The position numbers were made by a program, and so were the translations under genes. Shown in pieces: positions 24,501 through 36,875 of a DNA stretch of 52,136 bases. The notes under the pieces were generated by a model. That model was not told the DNA's origin, did not search any database, and was given only the letters and a program-made list of their open reading frames with translations. The stretch comes from Octopus bimaculoides (Eukaryota). The DNA lies in the NCBI RefSeq assembly GCF_001194135.2, contig NC_068986.1, positions 17,292,402 to 17,344,537 of the forward strand. The letters are read 5' to 3'. Every line of letters starts with the position of its first letter. Within the stretch, counting starts at the first letter, position 1.

Positions 24501-24564
24501 GGAGTTGCTATAATCGAGGTGCCCCGACCCTCAAACTTCTTATTCTGTGATAAAGTTAGAAAGA

Positions 24565-24770
24565 AATTTGATCTAAGGCCAGCATTTCTATGGAGAGTAA
24601 CTGAGTTATTGATTACGCCGACTTCTATCTGCAACTGGTACTTATTTTGTCAACACTGCAGAGGTAAAAGGCAAAACCAGCCTTGACAACATACTACCTC
24701 AGAACTTAAACCCGGAAGAAATGCCGCTAAACATTTCGTTGGATAAGCTAATGGATTCTGCCAATTCGCC
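24565..24770 (-). mobile_element. SINE family A (diverged)
   Basis: CAACTGGTACTTATTTTG...AAAGGCAAA...GATTCTGCCAATTCGCC; another partial copy follows at about 24795-24895. Confidence 0.7.
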
Positions 24771-25929
24771 TCATTCTGTTGCCCTTAAACACTGACTCAA
24801 AATTTTAGCACAAGGCCAGAAATTTCGGGGTAGACGGTATGTTGATTACATCAAAGTCAGTGCTGAACTGGTGCATATTTGATTGACCCGGAAAGTGCTT
24901 GGCTCAAATAAACATGCCTCCGCCGCACAGTGAACCAAACCGGTAATATTACGATCGGGAGTTACCCCCAAGAATACAAGTTTTCATATTCTAATATATC
25001 TAATGGTCGCAAATTTTGTAAACTAGTATTGTCGTCTAAATCGATCACAATGTTTGACTCATATTTATTTTCTTCAACCTAGAAAGATTAAGGTCAAAAT
25101 TGATCTCAGCATTTAACTCTACATGCAAAGAGAATTAGTGCGGCCCGCTCCCCCTATCAGTCGATCCAACTATTTTGTTATTCTCCCCATTCTCATGAGA
25201 CAGGGTTTTTTAATTTCGATACGAAGATATACGATTTTAAGATATGACACATTTCAAGGCAACGATCCCAAAATAACAATGATAGATATTGTATTGAATC
25301 AACCCAGAATGATGGTAAGAAAATCTATTTCAGCAGGATTTGAACTCAAACCGTAAAGAAAAGACATATGTAAATACTGCAGCATTAAGGAGAGTTCGAT
25401 TCAATCCCCTGTATAGCATCGTCGGTTATATAGTCAACGTAGCTTCGACTAAACCCTTGTAAAGGAAATTGAGTTGGCAGAAACTGTGTTGAATCTTGTT
25501 GGATAGATTTGTGCCTGTAATTACAAATTAAAATGTTGAGCTCTATCAAATACTGATTTAGCTCCGGAATTACGTTAAAGCCATGCTTGTCTATAAAAGA
25601 ATCCTCTGCTACTTACAAGCCAATCACATACTAATAGTGTCCAAAAAATTGTATTGATTTAAAATAATGAATGTCGTGCGTTTCATTCCTTTAATTTGTT
25701 TATTAATTTAGAGAGCAAGTAGCTCAGTTGTTAGAGGAGCTCAAAGTTAATCGTCGAAACCGACGAAGGATCCACCAGTCATCATACATTATTTGATTAT
25801 TCCGTTATTCAGCATTCTTTGGAGAATAAAAGAAAAATAACAATGATCATAATAAGATCGATAATGTTCCTAACACAAAGACGCATATTTTGAAGGTATG
25901 AGTATATTTAAATGAAATCAACTCCAAAA

Positions 25930-26165
25930 ATGTTGCCGAGCTGGCTGAATCGTTAGAGAGGAGGAAAAGAAAATGTTTCATGTAACATTCACTTTATCAC
26001 TTTACGTTACTGATTTCGAATCCCACCGAGGTCAACTCTATCTTTCATCTCTCTGGAGCCTGATAAAATAAAGTACCTGTCAAGTACTGGGGGCGGTAGC
26101 ATCAGATAAAGCCCTTCCTCCGCGCAAAATTGCTGGCTTTGTACCTAAATAAGAAACCGATATGT
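25930..26165 (+). mobile_element. SINE family A (diverged)
   Basis: GCCGAGCTGGCTGAATCGTTAG...TTCGAATCCCACCGAGGTCAAC...AAAATTGCTGGCTTTGTACC. Confidence 0.75.
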
Positions 26166-26744
26166 TACTGGCGTTTACTTTATTGAACTTCTTTCAAACC
26201 CTAAATGAAGACGAAATTCAAATTTGGAATCAGTGGATTATAATTCTGAAACACCACAGTATTAAACAAAGCTTTATACACCGAATTCCGGTGCATAATA
26301 TAACATTAGCCCCGGCTTACACATATTCTTAAAAGAACGAGAAGAATACAAGGAGTCAAAGCCAGTAGTATATAGTTGACTGTTATTTCTTCTATCGATT
26401 CGCCCATTCTCTGGAGAGATGAAGAGCAAAGTCCTGCATGACCGATTGGGAATTTAAACTTAAACACAGGAGAAATATTACTTAGACATTTTGGTCTGCC
26501 GTTCTATATGTTTCTGACAAACTACCAGATTAAATAATGACTTCTTAGATACAAAGAAGACACAAAGACGTATTAGACAGAAATCTTCTCAGATGTATAA
26601 TTCGGAAAGATAAATGAGTGGTTGTGATGTTCAAGCTGGTCCCAAGGGAGAGATTACTAATTTGTAGAAACTGATAACACACGTTATTTTGATTGGTTAT
26701 AAACTGGTGAAATGCCAGTTAAAAGCAAGTAAGCAGCATGTTGG

Positions 26745-27155
26745 TTGGTGCATCACTGATGATGATGGTGATGGTGGTGGTGGCGGTGATAATGGTGGTG
26801 GCGGTGGGGATGGTGGAGATGGTGGTGCATCGCCTATGATAGGATATGATGATGGTGATGGTGGAGGAGATGGTGGTGGCGGTGATAATGGTGGTGGTGA
26901 TGGTGGAAATGGTGGTGGTGGTGGCGGTGGTGGTNNNNNNNNNNNNNNNNNNNNNNNNNNNNNNNNNNNNNNNNNNNNNNNNNNNNNNNNNNNNNNNNNN
27001 NNNNNNNNNNNNNNNNNNNNNNNNNNNNNNNNNNNNNNNNNNNNNNNNNNNNNNNNNNNNNNNNNNNNNNNNNNNNNNNNNNNNNNNNNNNNNNNNNNGT
27101 GGCTAGTGGTGGTGGTGGTGGTGGTGGTGGTGGTGGTGGTGATAGTAGTAGTGAT
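26745..27155. repeat. Degenerate (GGT/GAT)n tract with gap
   Basis: Read directly. Confidence 0.9.
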
Positions 27156-27376
27156 ATATTAGCGTGGACTTAGCTATGTAGTTAAGAAGTTGGCTTTGCA
27201 CGTGTGGGGTCAAAAGTTCAATTCTTCAGCGTAGGATCGAGATGAGACACTAAGTGGGTGCAGGTATTTGGACGCTGATGATTTCGCTGATGATGGGTGC
27301 CTGGCCATTTATCGGCAGTAATGTTCGACACTGGAAGCAAATACGCACTCGCGTATGCACACACACACACACACAC

Positions 27377-27428
<52 letters not shown>

Positions 27429-28384
27429 ACACACACAATGCGTGAGTACGTGTGCAGAAATAGACACATAGACAGAAAGAGTCGGCTAGAAAAAGAGAGA
27501 GAGAGAGATNNNNNNNNNNNNNNNNNNNNNNNNNNNNNNNNNNNNNNNNNNNNNNNNNNNNNNNNNNNNNNNNNNNNNNNNNNNNNNNNNNNNNNNNNNN
27601 NNNNNNNNNNNNNNNNNNNNNNNNNNNNNNNNNNNNNNNNNNNNNNNNNNNNNNNNNNNNNNNNNNNNNNNNNNNNNNNNNNNNNNNNNNNNNNNNNNNN
27701 NNNNNNNNNNNNNNNNNNNNNNNNNNNNNNNNNNNNNNNNNNNNNNNNNNNNNNNNNNNNNNNNNNNNNNNNNNNNNNNNNNNNNNNNNNNNNNNNNNNN
27801 NNNNNNNNNNNNNNNNNNNNNNNNNNNNNNNNNNNNNNNNNNNNNNNNNNNNNNNNNNNNNNNNNNNNNNNNNNNNNNNNNNNNNNNNNNNNNNNNNNNN
27901 NNNNNNNNNNNNNNNNNNNNNNNNNNNNNNNNNNNNNNNNNNNNNNNNNNNNNNNNNNNNNNNNNNNNNNNNNNNNNNNNNNNNNNNNNNNNNNNNNNNN
28001 NNNNNNNNNNNNNNNNNNNNNNNNNNNNNNNNNNNNNNNNNNNNNNNNNNNNNNNNNNNNNNNNNNNNNNNNNNNNNNNNNNNNNNNNNNNNNNNNNNNN
28101 NNNNNNNNNNNNNNNNNNNNNNNNNNNNNNNNNNNNNNNNNNNNNNNNNNNNNNNNNNNNNNNNNNNNNNNNNNNNNNNNNNNNNNNNNNNNNNNNNNNN
28201 NNNNNNNNNNNNNNNNNNNNNNNNNNNNNNNNNNNNNNNNNNNNNNNNNNNNNNNNNNNNNNNNNNNNNNNNNNNNNNNNNNNNNNNNNNNNNNNNNNNN
28301 NNNNNNNNNNNNNNNNNNNNNNNNNNNNNNNNNNNNNNNNNNNNNNNNNNNNNNNNNNNNNNNNNNNNNNNNNNNNNNNNNNNN

Positions 28385-28424
<40 letters not shown>

Positions 28425-28669
28425 TTATTTAATTTATTTATTTATGTGTTTCAGCCAAGTGGCTGCGGTCATGCTGGTGCACCACCGTGATTTTCATATA
28501 TATATATATATATTCCTATATATATATATGCACACATATATGTATATTATTTATATTATTATTATACATATATATATATATGTATATATGTATTTATATA
28601 TATATATATATGTCCATACGTATGTACGTATATATGTGTGTATGTATACATGTGTATATATATATTGAC

Positions 28670-28850
28670 CGTTGACTGAACACTATTCAATTTTTTTTCT
28701 CCGTGTTTTTCTCCTTGTCTCCGTATTCTTTCTGTTGAAGAGCGTAGCTCGAAACGTCAAAGACTTTCCGTATTCCCGAGCGTCATACTAATATATACTT
28801 TTGTTATTTACACCACCTGTCCTCGTCTGTTGTTATTATTTGTATATTCT
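28670..28850 (+). mobile_element. Penelope-like terminal-repeat fragment embedded in (TA)n, with hammerhead-like motif at 28727-28763
   Basis: TCTTT-CTGTTGA-A-GAGC-GTA-GCTC-GAAAC-GTC-AAAGA. The Penelope assignment is inferred from this motif. Confidence 0.5.
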
Positions 28851-28851
28851 C

Positions 28852-28900
<49 letters not shown>

Positions 28901-30604
28901 ACAGTATGTTAATACGCGTCTATATATATAACTGTATGTCTTTGTGTATGTGTGTATGAATGAATGTGATATACAAGGTCGTTGAGTACTACAATAGTTT
29001 CAAAAGCACTCTCGATGTATGTTACGTATTGATACGAACGCTCCCGGGTCTTCCGTGTTCTCTTTACAATCCGTGTTTAATCTTAGAGACTAACAAGCAC
29101 TATCTTACCACGATCACTGGAATGATACATTTACACACACACTCAAACACACATTCACATACACACACACGCATATATATGCATGAGTTCGTACACGTTT
29201 ATATACATACATACTTACATACATACATGTATACATATATATAAACGAATGTAAACTTATTTAAAATAAAAGTCGACCTACGCGTACACGTTTATCTACC
29301 CACATATACACGTACATACATACATACATACATACATACATACATACCTATATCAAATTATCATTTTAAATAGAGGCAGACATACGCGTTGCACTTCAAT
29401 AGTTGAACCAAACACATAGAACACTTCAACCATACACATTTAACAGTTCTTTTCTAAATAACCTAAAATTTTCTAACTTGACACAAAATCTCATGGCACA
29501 CTTTGAAGCGATATACAACGCACAAGTTTTTCTGTCGTTGCTTGTTGGTGACAAACGTCTGAATTATATAAACAGTTTTATGTGACTGTGCATATAAGAT
29601 GGGAAAAGTAGAACGCAATTAGACTGCAGTAACTTATCAGCGATTAAATTGTCTCACAATGAGAAGATGGTCATAAAAAATCGTCCTTTGAGCATGAAAA
29701 ATATTACAAATAAAAGTGTAGTAGTTTCTGTACGGATTTAGTGATACCTGTGCAGAAACCGCAATGAGCCTCGCGTGTACGTGTTAGTTATAGAACTGTA
29801 AGAATTGCCCGCTTATATATGTATCTATAAACGTATATATGTATATATCAGCTACCATGTAGAAAAGCTCCATGTGAGTAACTTCCCTTCGATTGCTCTT
29901 TCAATTTCACGAGTATCTTTCCACATGTTACTTCCTCTCATTCTACTCTATACACTATTCCGAAAAAGTAATATATCCGAAACGTCGTTTCCCTTGATTC
30001 TGTTTCTCTAAGAGTAAAACGTACGTTAAATTAACTTGTCATTTTTTCATTCGCTTTTCCTTTCTCCCTCTCGTTTCCTCTGTGTTTTCCAACAGGATTG
30101 GTTTAAATAATAATACAGTGTTAGTGTAGACACATTTTTTTGCTATAAATATTTTATCATTGTTGTTTAGACAATTATCTACTGTTATCGATGGTGTTCC
30201 AGTCAAGAGCGTCCCCGACTTTTATTGAGGAATAAACAGTCATGTGAATATGGTGTATATTATCCAATAATCCAATATGTCCTTACCTTTGCATATTGCT
30301 TATAGGAAGTTTCGGCTTATATTTCTGCCATATTTATATTGATATATAGAATGATAGAAAGGTAGATATTCATGTGTTTGTGCGTGATGCAAAACTAGAT
30401 AGTAATGATTGTTCATGAATTCTACGGATACATCACATTTAATGTATTTAATTAACTATGAAAAATATATAAACGAATTACATTGTCAAACGTTCAGAGA
30501 TCATGTAAGTCACATTAGTAACGTTTAGGAGGACTAAATATTGGTGATTTGCAGTTCAATTTTAATCAACGCACATAATTGTGTGTGCGTGAGTATATAT
30601 ATAT

Positions 30605-30805
30605 ATATTTCTTTATTGCACACAAGGGGCTAAACAAAGAGGGGACACACAAGGACAGACAAAGGGATTAAGTCGATTACATCGACCCCAGTGCGAAACT
30701 GGTACTTATCTAATCGTCCCCGGAAGGATGAAAGGCAACGTCAACCTCGGCGAAATACAGCTAAGCATTTCGCCCGGCGTGCTAACGATTCTGCCAGCTC
30801 GTAGC
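30605..30805 (-). mobile_element. SINE family A, alternative-tail subfamily (A2), internally deleted
   Basis: Family A head and body joined to the tail seen as TTTCTTTATTGCACACAAGGGGCTAAAC...GGACAGACAAAGGGATT; same tail at 46195-46425. Confidence 0.85.
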
Positions 30806-31068
30806 CCTAATATATATGGAGTAGATGGAACAGGGACAACTGACGAAGGGGTATACTCTTTATTTTGCATGTCTCGTTCTGTTTCTTTCGTTGTTCGAAA
30901 ATGTTCGTTTTCTTTGTTTTCGTTTTTATGTTTTCGTTTCTCATTGTGTTTAACGTTTTTTTTTATATCCTGTACCCATATATGCATGTATATATACATA
31001 TATTCGTAAGTATGTACATATATAAATGGATATATGCATATATCCTTATATCCATATATTATATTATA

Positions 31069-31109
<41 letters not shown>

Positions 31110-31378
31110 NNNNNNNNNNNNNNNNNNNNNNNNNNNNNNNNNNNNNNNNNNNNNNNNNNNNNNNNNNNNNNNNNNNNNNNNNNNNNNNNNNNNNNNNNNN
31201 NNNNNNNNNNNNNNNNNNNNNNNNNNNNNNNNNNNNNNNNNNNNNNNNNNNNNNNNNNNNNNNNNNNNNNNNNNNNNNNNNNNNNNNNNNNNNNNNNNNN
31301 NNNNNNNNNNNNNNNNNNNNNNNNNNNNNNNNNNNNNNNNNNNNNNNNNNNNNNNNNNNNNNNNNNNNNNNNNNNNNN

Positions 31379-31424
<46 letters not shown>

Positions 31425-32058
31425 ATATGCGTACGTGCGTGTGTATTAACCTATGTATTTATTTCCCTTACGGGGTACATTATAGAAACAAACTTACAAA
31501 TAATTGACCGAAGACAATTGTGTGATCAAGTTTGGGCTTAATTCCGGCCCGCAAAGCCAAACCAGTTTGATATAACTACCGTGGTGATGTTGATGAGGTC
31601 TGGCCCCTATATCTAACCCCTCGAGCTACCAGGTGAACGTTCTCTAACAGCTTTGGTTATAATGATGTTCAAGCATACACTAATATTGCTGTATATAAGG
31701 GTAGGCTTCCAGGTTATATTGATCTTGTTTAGTTTTGTTCACCAACAAGGACAATCGGTAACAACAGCACAAACCAAGTGTAAGAGGATCTAAGAAGTTA
31801 ATCCAGTTGACTAATCTTCCTAAAATCCCTTAACATTGTCTTGTAGACGAAAAAAAGGAAGGAACACTTTAAAATATTGTCGTCTGTTACTCCTATATTG
31901 AAAAGATGGTGGGCACGATGAGAGTTCACTTGAGTGTAACCAACAACAAATGCTTATATAGGCAATCAATGCGTTAGTAAAAGCGGGTGATGAAAAAGAG
32001 AGATAGAGGGAGAGATAATATAGGAAATGAAGAGGTGCAGGAAAGGGAGAAAAACACC

Positions 32059-32096
<38 letters not shown>

Positions 32097-32481
32097 CACA
32101 GATAAACAGAACGGTGACTGAGCAGAAGAGTTTAAAAAGTGGAAGAGATATAACTGTAGATAAGGCGTAGAATGGTAATAAGGAAAAAAAAAACGGAGAG
32201 TAGGAAAAGAGAGGGTTAAGATAGTAACAAAGAAAGAAAGAGAGATAGAGAGGGAGGGTGGAAGGGTCAAGAAGGAAGAGGAAAATTTTCAGAAAGTTGT
32301 GGTGTTGCTGTATTGATTCCGTGGAATAGGTAATAATTATTTTCTAACAATGCAATAACGGGTTCAAATCTCTTGATCTCGTTGTCTTTATGGCTATGGT
32401 TACTCCACTGATAATATAAAACGCGTTCCAGCTGTGAATATCCCTTGTGATGTATCTCTACCTACCTTCCTACCTACCTAC

Positions 32482-32547
<66 letters not shown>

Positions 32548-32595
32548 GTCTGTCTATCTATCTATCTATCTATCTGTATGTCTGTCTATTTCGTG

Positions 32596-32850
32596 GCATT
32601 CCGTCGGTTACGACAGCGAGGATTCAAGTTGATCCGATCAACGGAACAGCCTGCTCGTGAAATGAAATTAACGTGCAAGTGGCTGAGCACTCCACAGACA
32701 CGTGTACCTTTAATGTAGTCCTCTGGGAGATTCAGCGTGACACAGAGTGTGACAAGGCTGGCCCTTTGAAATACAGGTACAACAGAAACAGGAAGAAAGA
32801 ATGAGAAAAATTTGTGGTGAAAAAGTACAGCAGGGTCCGCCACTACCCAC
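32596..32850 (-). mobile_element. SINE family C, 3' portion
   Basis: Reverse complement of 34845-35084. Confidence 0.85.
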
Positions 32851-33376
32851 TGATGGAGCTTACATTATCCAATGCAACCTTCTTTCCATGTTATATTAAT
32901 GGATAATTTGTAAGAATCAGGCTGCTATTTCTAGCAGGTCGAATGATAGGTAAAATATCTTTTAATAATAAAAGAGATCGTGGTAAATATGCAGGCAATG
33001 TCGACGATAGTGTTCGTGTTGATTATTGTTATGATGGTGATGATGCTTAAACGATTGGAACTAGAATAATAGTTTCCAAGCAATAGAGTTTTGAGTTCAA
33101 GTCTCACTTTCTCCATTGAGATATTGTTTCCTATCTCCCACTGTGTTTTTTCTCTATTTGTTCAATAGTTACCAGTCTCTTCCTCTGCCTTCCCACCACT
33201 TCTCTCTCTCTCTCATTCTCTCTCTCTCATTCTCTCTCTCTCTCATTCTCTCTCTCTCTCATTCTCTCTCTCTCCTATAAAATCTGTCACTCCTCCGCTC
33301 ACCCTAATCGTCGAAATCTCTCTCATTGGCTCTATGTCACTTACTCTACACCACACTCGCTCTCTCGCTAGCCAAC

Positions 33377-33446
<70 letters not shown>

Positions 33447-33551
33447 ACCTCTTTACGTGGTTACTCGCCTTGCAAGAAACAGCCGCCAAATATCCCTCAA
33501 ACCACGCGCTTCTGTATTACAAAAAGGAAAGACGCTCATGATTCATATAAT

Positions 33552-33770
33552 ACCTTCTACTGGAAGCACAAGGCCTCAAATTTGGGGGAAGAAATTATGT
33601 CGATTACATTGTCCCCAGTGCATAACTGGTACTTAATTAATCGACCCCGGAAAGATGAAAAGCAAATTCGACCTCGGCAGAATTTGAACTCAGAATGTGA
33701 AGACGGACGATATATCGCTAAGCATTTTGCCCGGCGTGCTAACGATTCTGCCAGCTCGCCCCGCCTTGCA
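33552..33770 (-). mobile_element. Full-length SINE family A with 15-bp TSD
   Basis: CATGATTCATATAAT at 33537-33551 and 33771-33785. Confidence 0.9.
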
Positions 33771-34446
33771 CATGATTCATATAATGACGGAATGGACACG
33801 GCAAGAATTCCTCTAATCAACCTATCGATCAACAACAATCCTTTCTTACACATCTATCTATCTATCGATCTATCGATCTATCTATTTAACCGTTACACTC
33901 TATTCCACTCTATAACTCAAACTCACCCACTATCATTTCCTTGCTTCTCCTTTCCCCCCCTCTCTCTCTCTCTCTCTCTCAGTTAAGCAAACGCATGACT
34001 AAATATATTTCAAATCCATTATATATTCACACACACACACACAACCGCGCACGCACACACACACAAACATACATATACGTACACACACTCTCTCTCCGTT
34101 CCTTCACTCACTCAGTCAGTCTCTCTCTCTCTCTCTCTCTCTCTCAGGCATACTAACACTAGACTTAAAACATAATGTATATAACCGTCTTTCTATTGGT
34201 CATAACAATTCTCTCTCTCTTTCCCTCTATTTCTCTCTTTCCCCCTCTCTCCCCCACTCTCTTTCTCTCTCTCTCTCTCATACACATACACCTATACTCT
34301 ATCTTTATTGCTTTCTTCTCCATAACTTCTCCTCTCTAGCTTTTCCAACGCCCCTGTCTCGGTTCACATCTTCATCCATTCCTCTATCCTAAATTTCTTT
34401 CTTTATATCGATATACCTCATCTTTCCCTTCTCTCTTACAAAAATA

Positions 34447-34510
34447 CAGTAATCCTTCGACTATCGCGATTAGTGAATATTCGTGAAGTAAAAACAGTAC
34501 TGTACTGTAT
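34447..34510 (-). mobile_element. Terminal fragment of the Tc1/pogo-like MITE
   Basis: TA|CAGTAATCCTTCGACTATCGCG...CGTGAAGTAAAAACAGTACTGT matches the reverse complement of the right end of 35725-35987. Confidence 0.7.
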
Positions 34511-34702
34511 ATGCATACATACATACATGCATACATGCATACATACATACGTACATGCAAGGTAATCAACATACGCCTTCCCTTGAAATTGTTGGCCTTG
34601 TACCAAATTGTAAAACTGATGTTTGTCTTATAAGGAAAACCGAAAGATAAGTTCAGTGATGTTTCTTTGTTTTGTTTTTTTTAAAATCATACTATACTTG
34701 TA

Positions 34703-35084
34703 GGTGGAGGCACAATGGCCCAGTGGTTAGGGCAGCGACTCGCGGTCATAGGATCGTGGTTTCGATTCCCAGACCGGACGTTATGAGTGTTTTTTGAGCG
34801 AAAACACTTAAAGGCTCCACGAGGCTCCGGCAGGGGATGGTGGCGAACCCTGCTGTACTCTTTCACCACAACTTTCTCTCACCCTTATTTCCTGTTTCTG
34901 TTGTGCCTTTATTTCAAAGGGCCCGCCTTGTCACACTGTGTCACGCTGAATATCCCCGCGAACTACGTTAAGGGTGCACGTGTCTGTGGAGTGCTCAGCC
35001 ACTTGCACGTTAATTTCACGAGCAGGCTGTTCCGTTGATCGGATCAACTGGAACCCTCGACGTCGTAAGCGATGGAGTGCCAAC
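34703..35084 (+). mobile_element. Full-length tRNA-derived SINE family C with 9-bp TSD
   Basis: A-box TGGCCCAGTGG, B-box GGTTTCGATTCC; ATACTTGTA at 34694-34702 and 35085-35093. Confidence 0.9.
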
Positions 35085-35179
35085 ATACTTGTAAGGAGAT
35101 TGATGAAATGCTTTGAGACAAATATATTACGTCCATTCCTATGTAAAGGGTAAAATCCTACTAAGGGTAAAATCCCATA

Positions 35180-35500
35180 AATTACCATGGGATTGCAGTT
35201 AGAAAATTCCCTTCCAAAGAAAAAATCCGGGCAAGGTTGTTTGTGGCAGACCAGCAGTCGCCCATTCATGGCAGTTTCCCCCTCTTCACACTACCGATGT
35301 TATCCAAGGGAAAGGCAAAGATTGATACAGCTTGACACCAATAACGTTGTAACTCATTTCTACAACTGAGTGAACTGCAGCAACGTAAAATAAAATGTTT
35401 TGCTCAGAGACACAACACACAGCCCGATGCAGGAATCGAACTCACTACCTCATGTTTGAAAGCCCGACGCTCTAACCACTGACCTATACGCCTTCACATT
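35180..35500 (-). mobile_element. tRNA-derived SINE family F
   Basis: Minus strand: GGTCAGTGGTTAGAGCG...GAGTTCGATTCC...GTTGTGTCTCTGAGCAAAAC (CORE-like) followed by a distinct tail. Confidence 0.75.
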
Positions 35501-35724
35501 CTTCTGTATAAAACTCATAGGTATTTTTTATCATTTCAATGCAGTGGGCAGAGAGGAAATAGATTCGAATAGCACTCATCACTTTACACACTATATTTCA
35601 CGGATACATATGCATCGGTCAGACAAACATCAAAGTCAGAACCAGTGTGAGATGCGAAATAAGAATGTAGAGGGACAGAAAACATCGGCAAAGTACTTTC
35701 GTTGACACCCAACTGGTACTACTA

Positions 35725-35987
35725 CAGTGATCCCTCACCATAACACGGTTCACCTATCGCGGTTCACCTATCACGGTTCACCTAATATGGTTCTCCTATC
35801 GCAGTTTATTATTTAATCTTACAGCGATTCCTCTGTGGTATCGTTTTGCTCTTTGATAATAAAATAAATATATACAAATTATAAGAATCTAGAAAAATAT
35901 ATATACTGCACAGTACTGTTTCTACTTCACGGATTTTTACTTGTCGCGGGAGTTTTTGGATCATTCGCCAGAGTCGAGGGATTACTG
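35725..35987 (+). mobile_element. Tc1/pogo-like MITE with four tandem 14-bp subterminal units
   Basis: TA|CAGTGATCCCTC ... GAGGGATTACTG; GGTTCACCTATCGC-like units at 35747-35802. Confidence 0.8.
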
Positions 35988-36214
35988 CATATTTTCATCC
36001 TCGTTAGTAATAATAATTCTTTCTAACTTTTGTCACAACACATCTATTGTGTTTGTCCACTTTCTAAATAAATCAGATTTTCAGTAACATAGCTTGGTAG
36101 CGTGTAGTTGTCTTTATTAGGGATAGCACTTTTGTATATGCTGTGTAATACAAATAATATATGAGTATATGCATATATATGTACATGTATGTACATACCT
36201 TCATCTACATGTAT

Positions 36215-36355
36215 ATATAGATGCATATCTGGGTACATGACGTTGCAAAAAAACATGGACAAAATGATAAACAGGGTACAGAAAACACACAAGCCACATA
36301 GAGAACATTGCCTTCATCAGCTGCCACCATTATAACACTGGCGTTTCGAAGACTT
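36215..36355 (-). mobile_element. Probable Penelope-like terminal fragment
   Basis: Minus strand contains CGAAACG and CTGATGAAGG; no valid hammerhead fold found. Confidence 0.3.
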
Positions 36356-36674
36356 AGGGTAAGGCTTAAGAGCATGGGGTAAGGGTGGACGGTAAACTCA
36401 AGAGCATACCGGTGTGGCCTACATTCTAGCCACGCTGGTGTAGATTATTTCCCGTTAGAACGTGTCTAGTAAAAAATGTTGCTTTTCTGTTTCAAATCCT
36501 TTGTTTGTGTGTCTGTCCACTCATAACCTTGAGCTGTTCAACATTGCCTTCGGGCTGATTGCAAAAATGATTCGTGTCTTTAGTTTTGTTCTTCGTTAAT
36601 TCCTAATGATGAGTAGATAATGCCGTTTTCTTCGTTTTTGGCCTGTGTTAAATAGTTATATCTTACAAAAGAAA

Positions 36675-36875
36675 GCGACGAGGTGGCAGAAACGCTAGCG
36701 CTTCGGGCAACATGCGTAGTGACATTTCTTCTGGGTCTTTGCGTTCTAAATAAAGACCGATGATAATTTTGGATTTCATCCCTTCGGGGGTTATAGATTA
36801 AGTATGAGTCAAGTAGTGGGGTTGATGTAGTCGACATGTCCTCACCCATCAAAATTTCAGGTTTTGAACCCTGCA
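36675..36875 (+). mobile_element. SINE family A (diverged)
   Basis: GCGACGAGGTGGCAGAAACG...TTTCATCCCTTCGGGGG...GGGGTTGATGTAGTCGAC...AAAATTTCAGG. Confidence 0.75.

Larger units (their letters stand above)
23722..24560 (+). mobile_element. Old SINE family A interrupted by the telomeric-repeat MITE
   Basis: Removing 23878-24508 restores ACTGGAGTTGC-TATAATCGAG, matching consensus ACTGGGGTCGATGTAATCGAC. Confidence 0.7.

Noticed and set aside
34703-34780. tRNA-like sequences here and at other SINE heads
   Set aside because: They carry A/B boxes but no complete cloverleaf, and they continue into SINE bodies; not tRNA genes.
36300-36360. Possible third hammerhead (CTGATGA and GAAAC on the minus strand)
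   Set aside because: No U16.1/NUH site and no convincing helix II.
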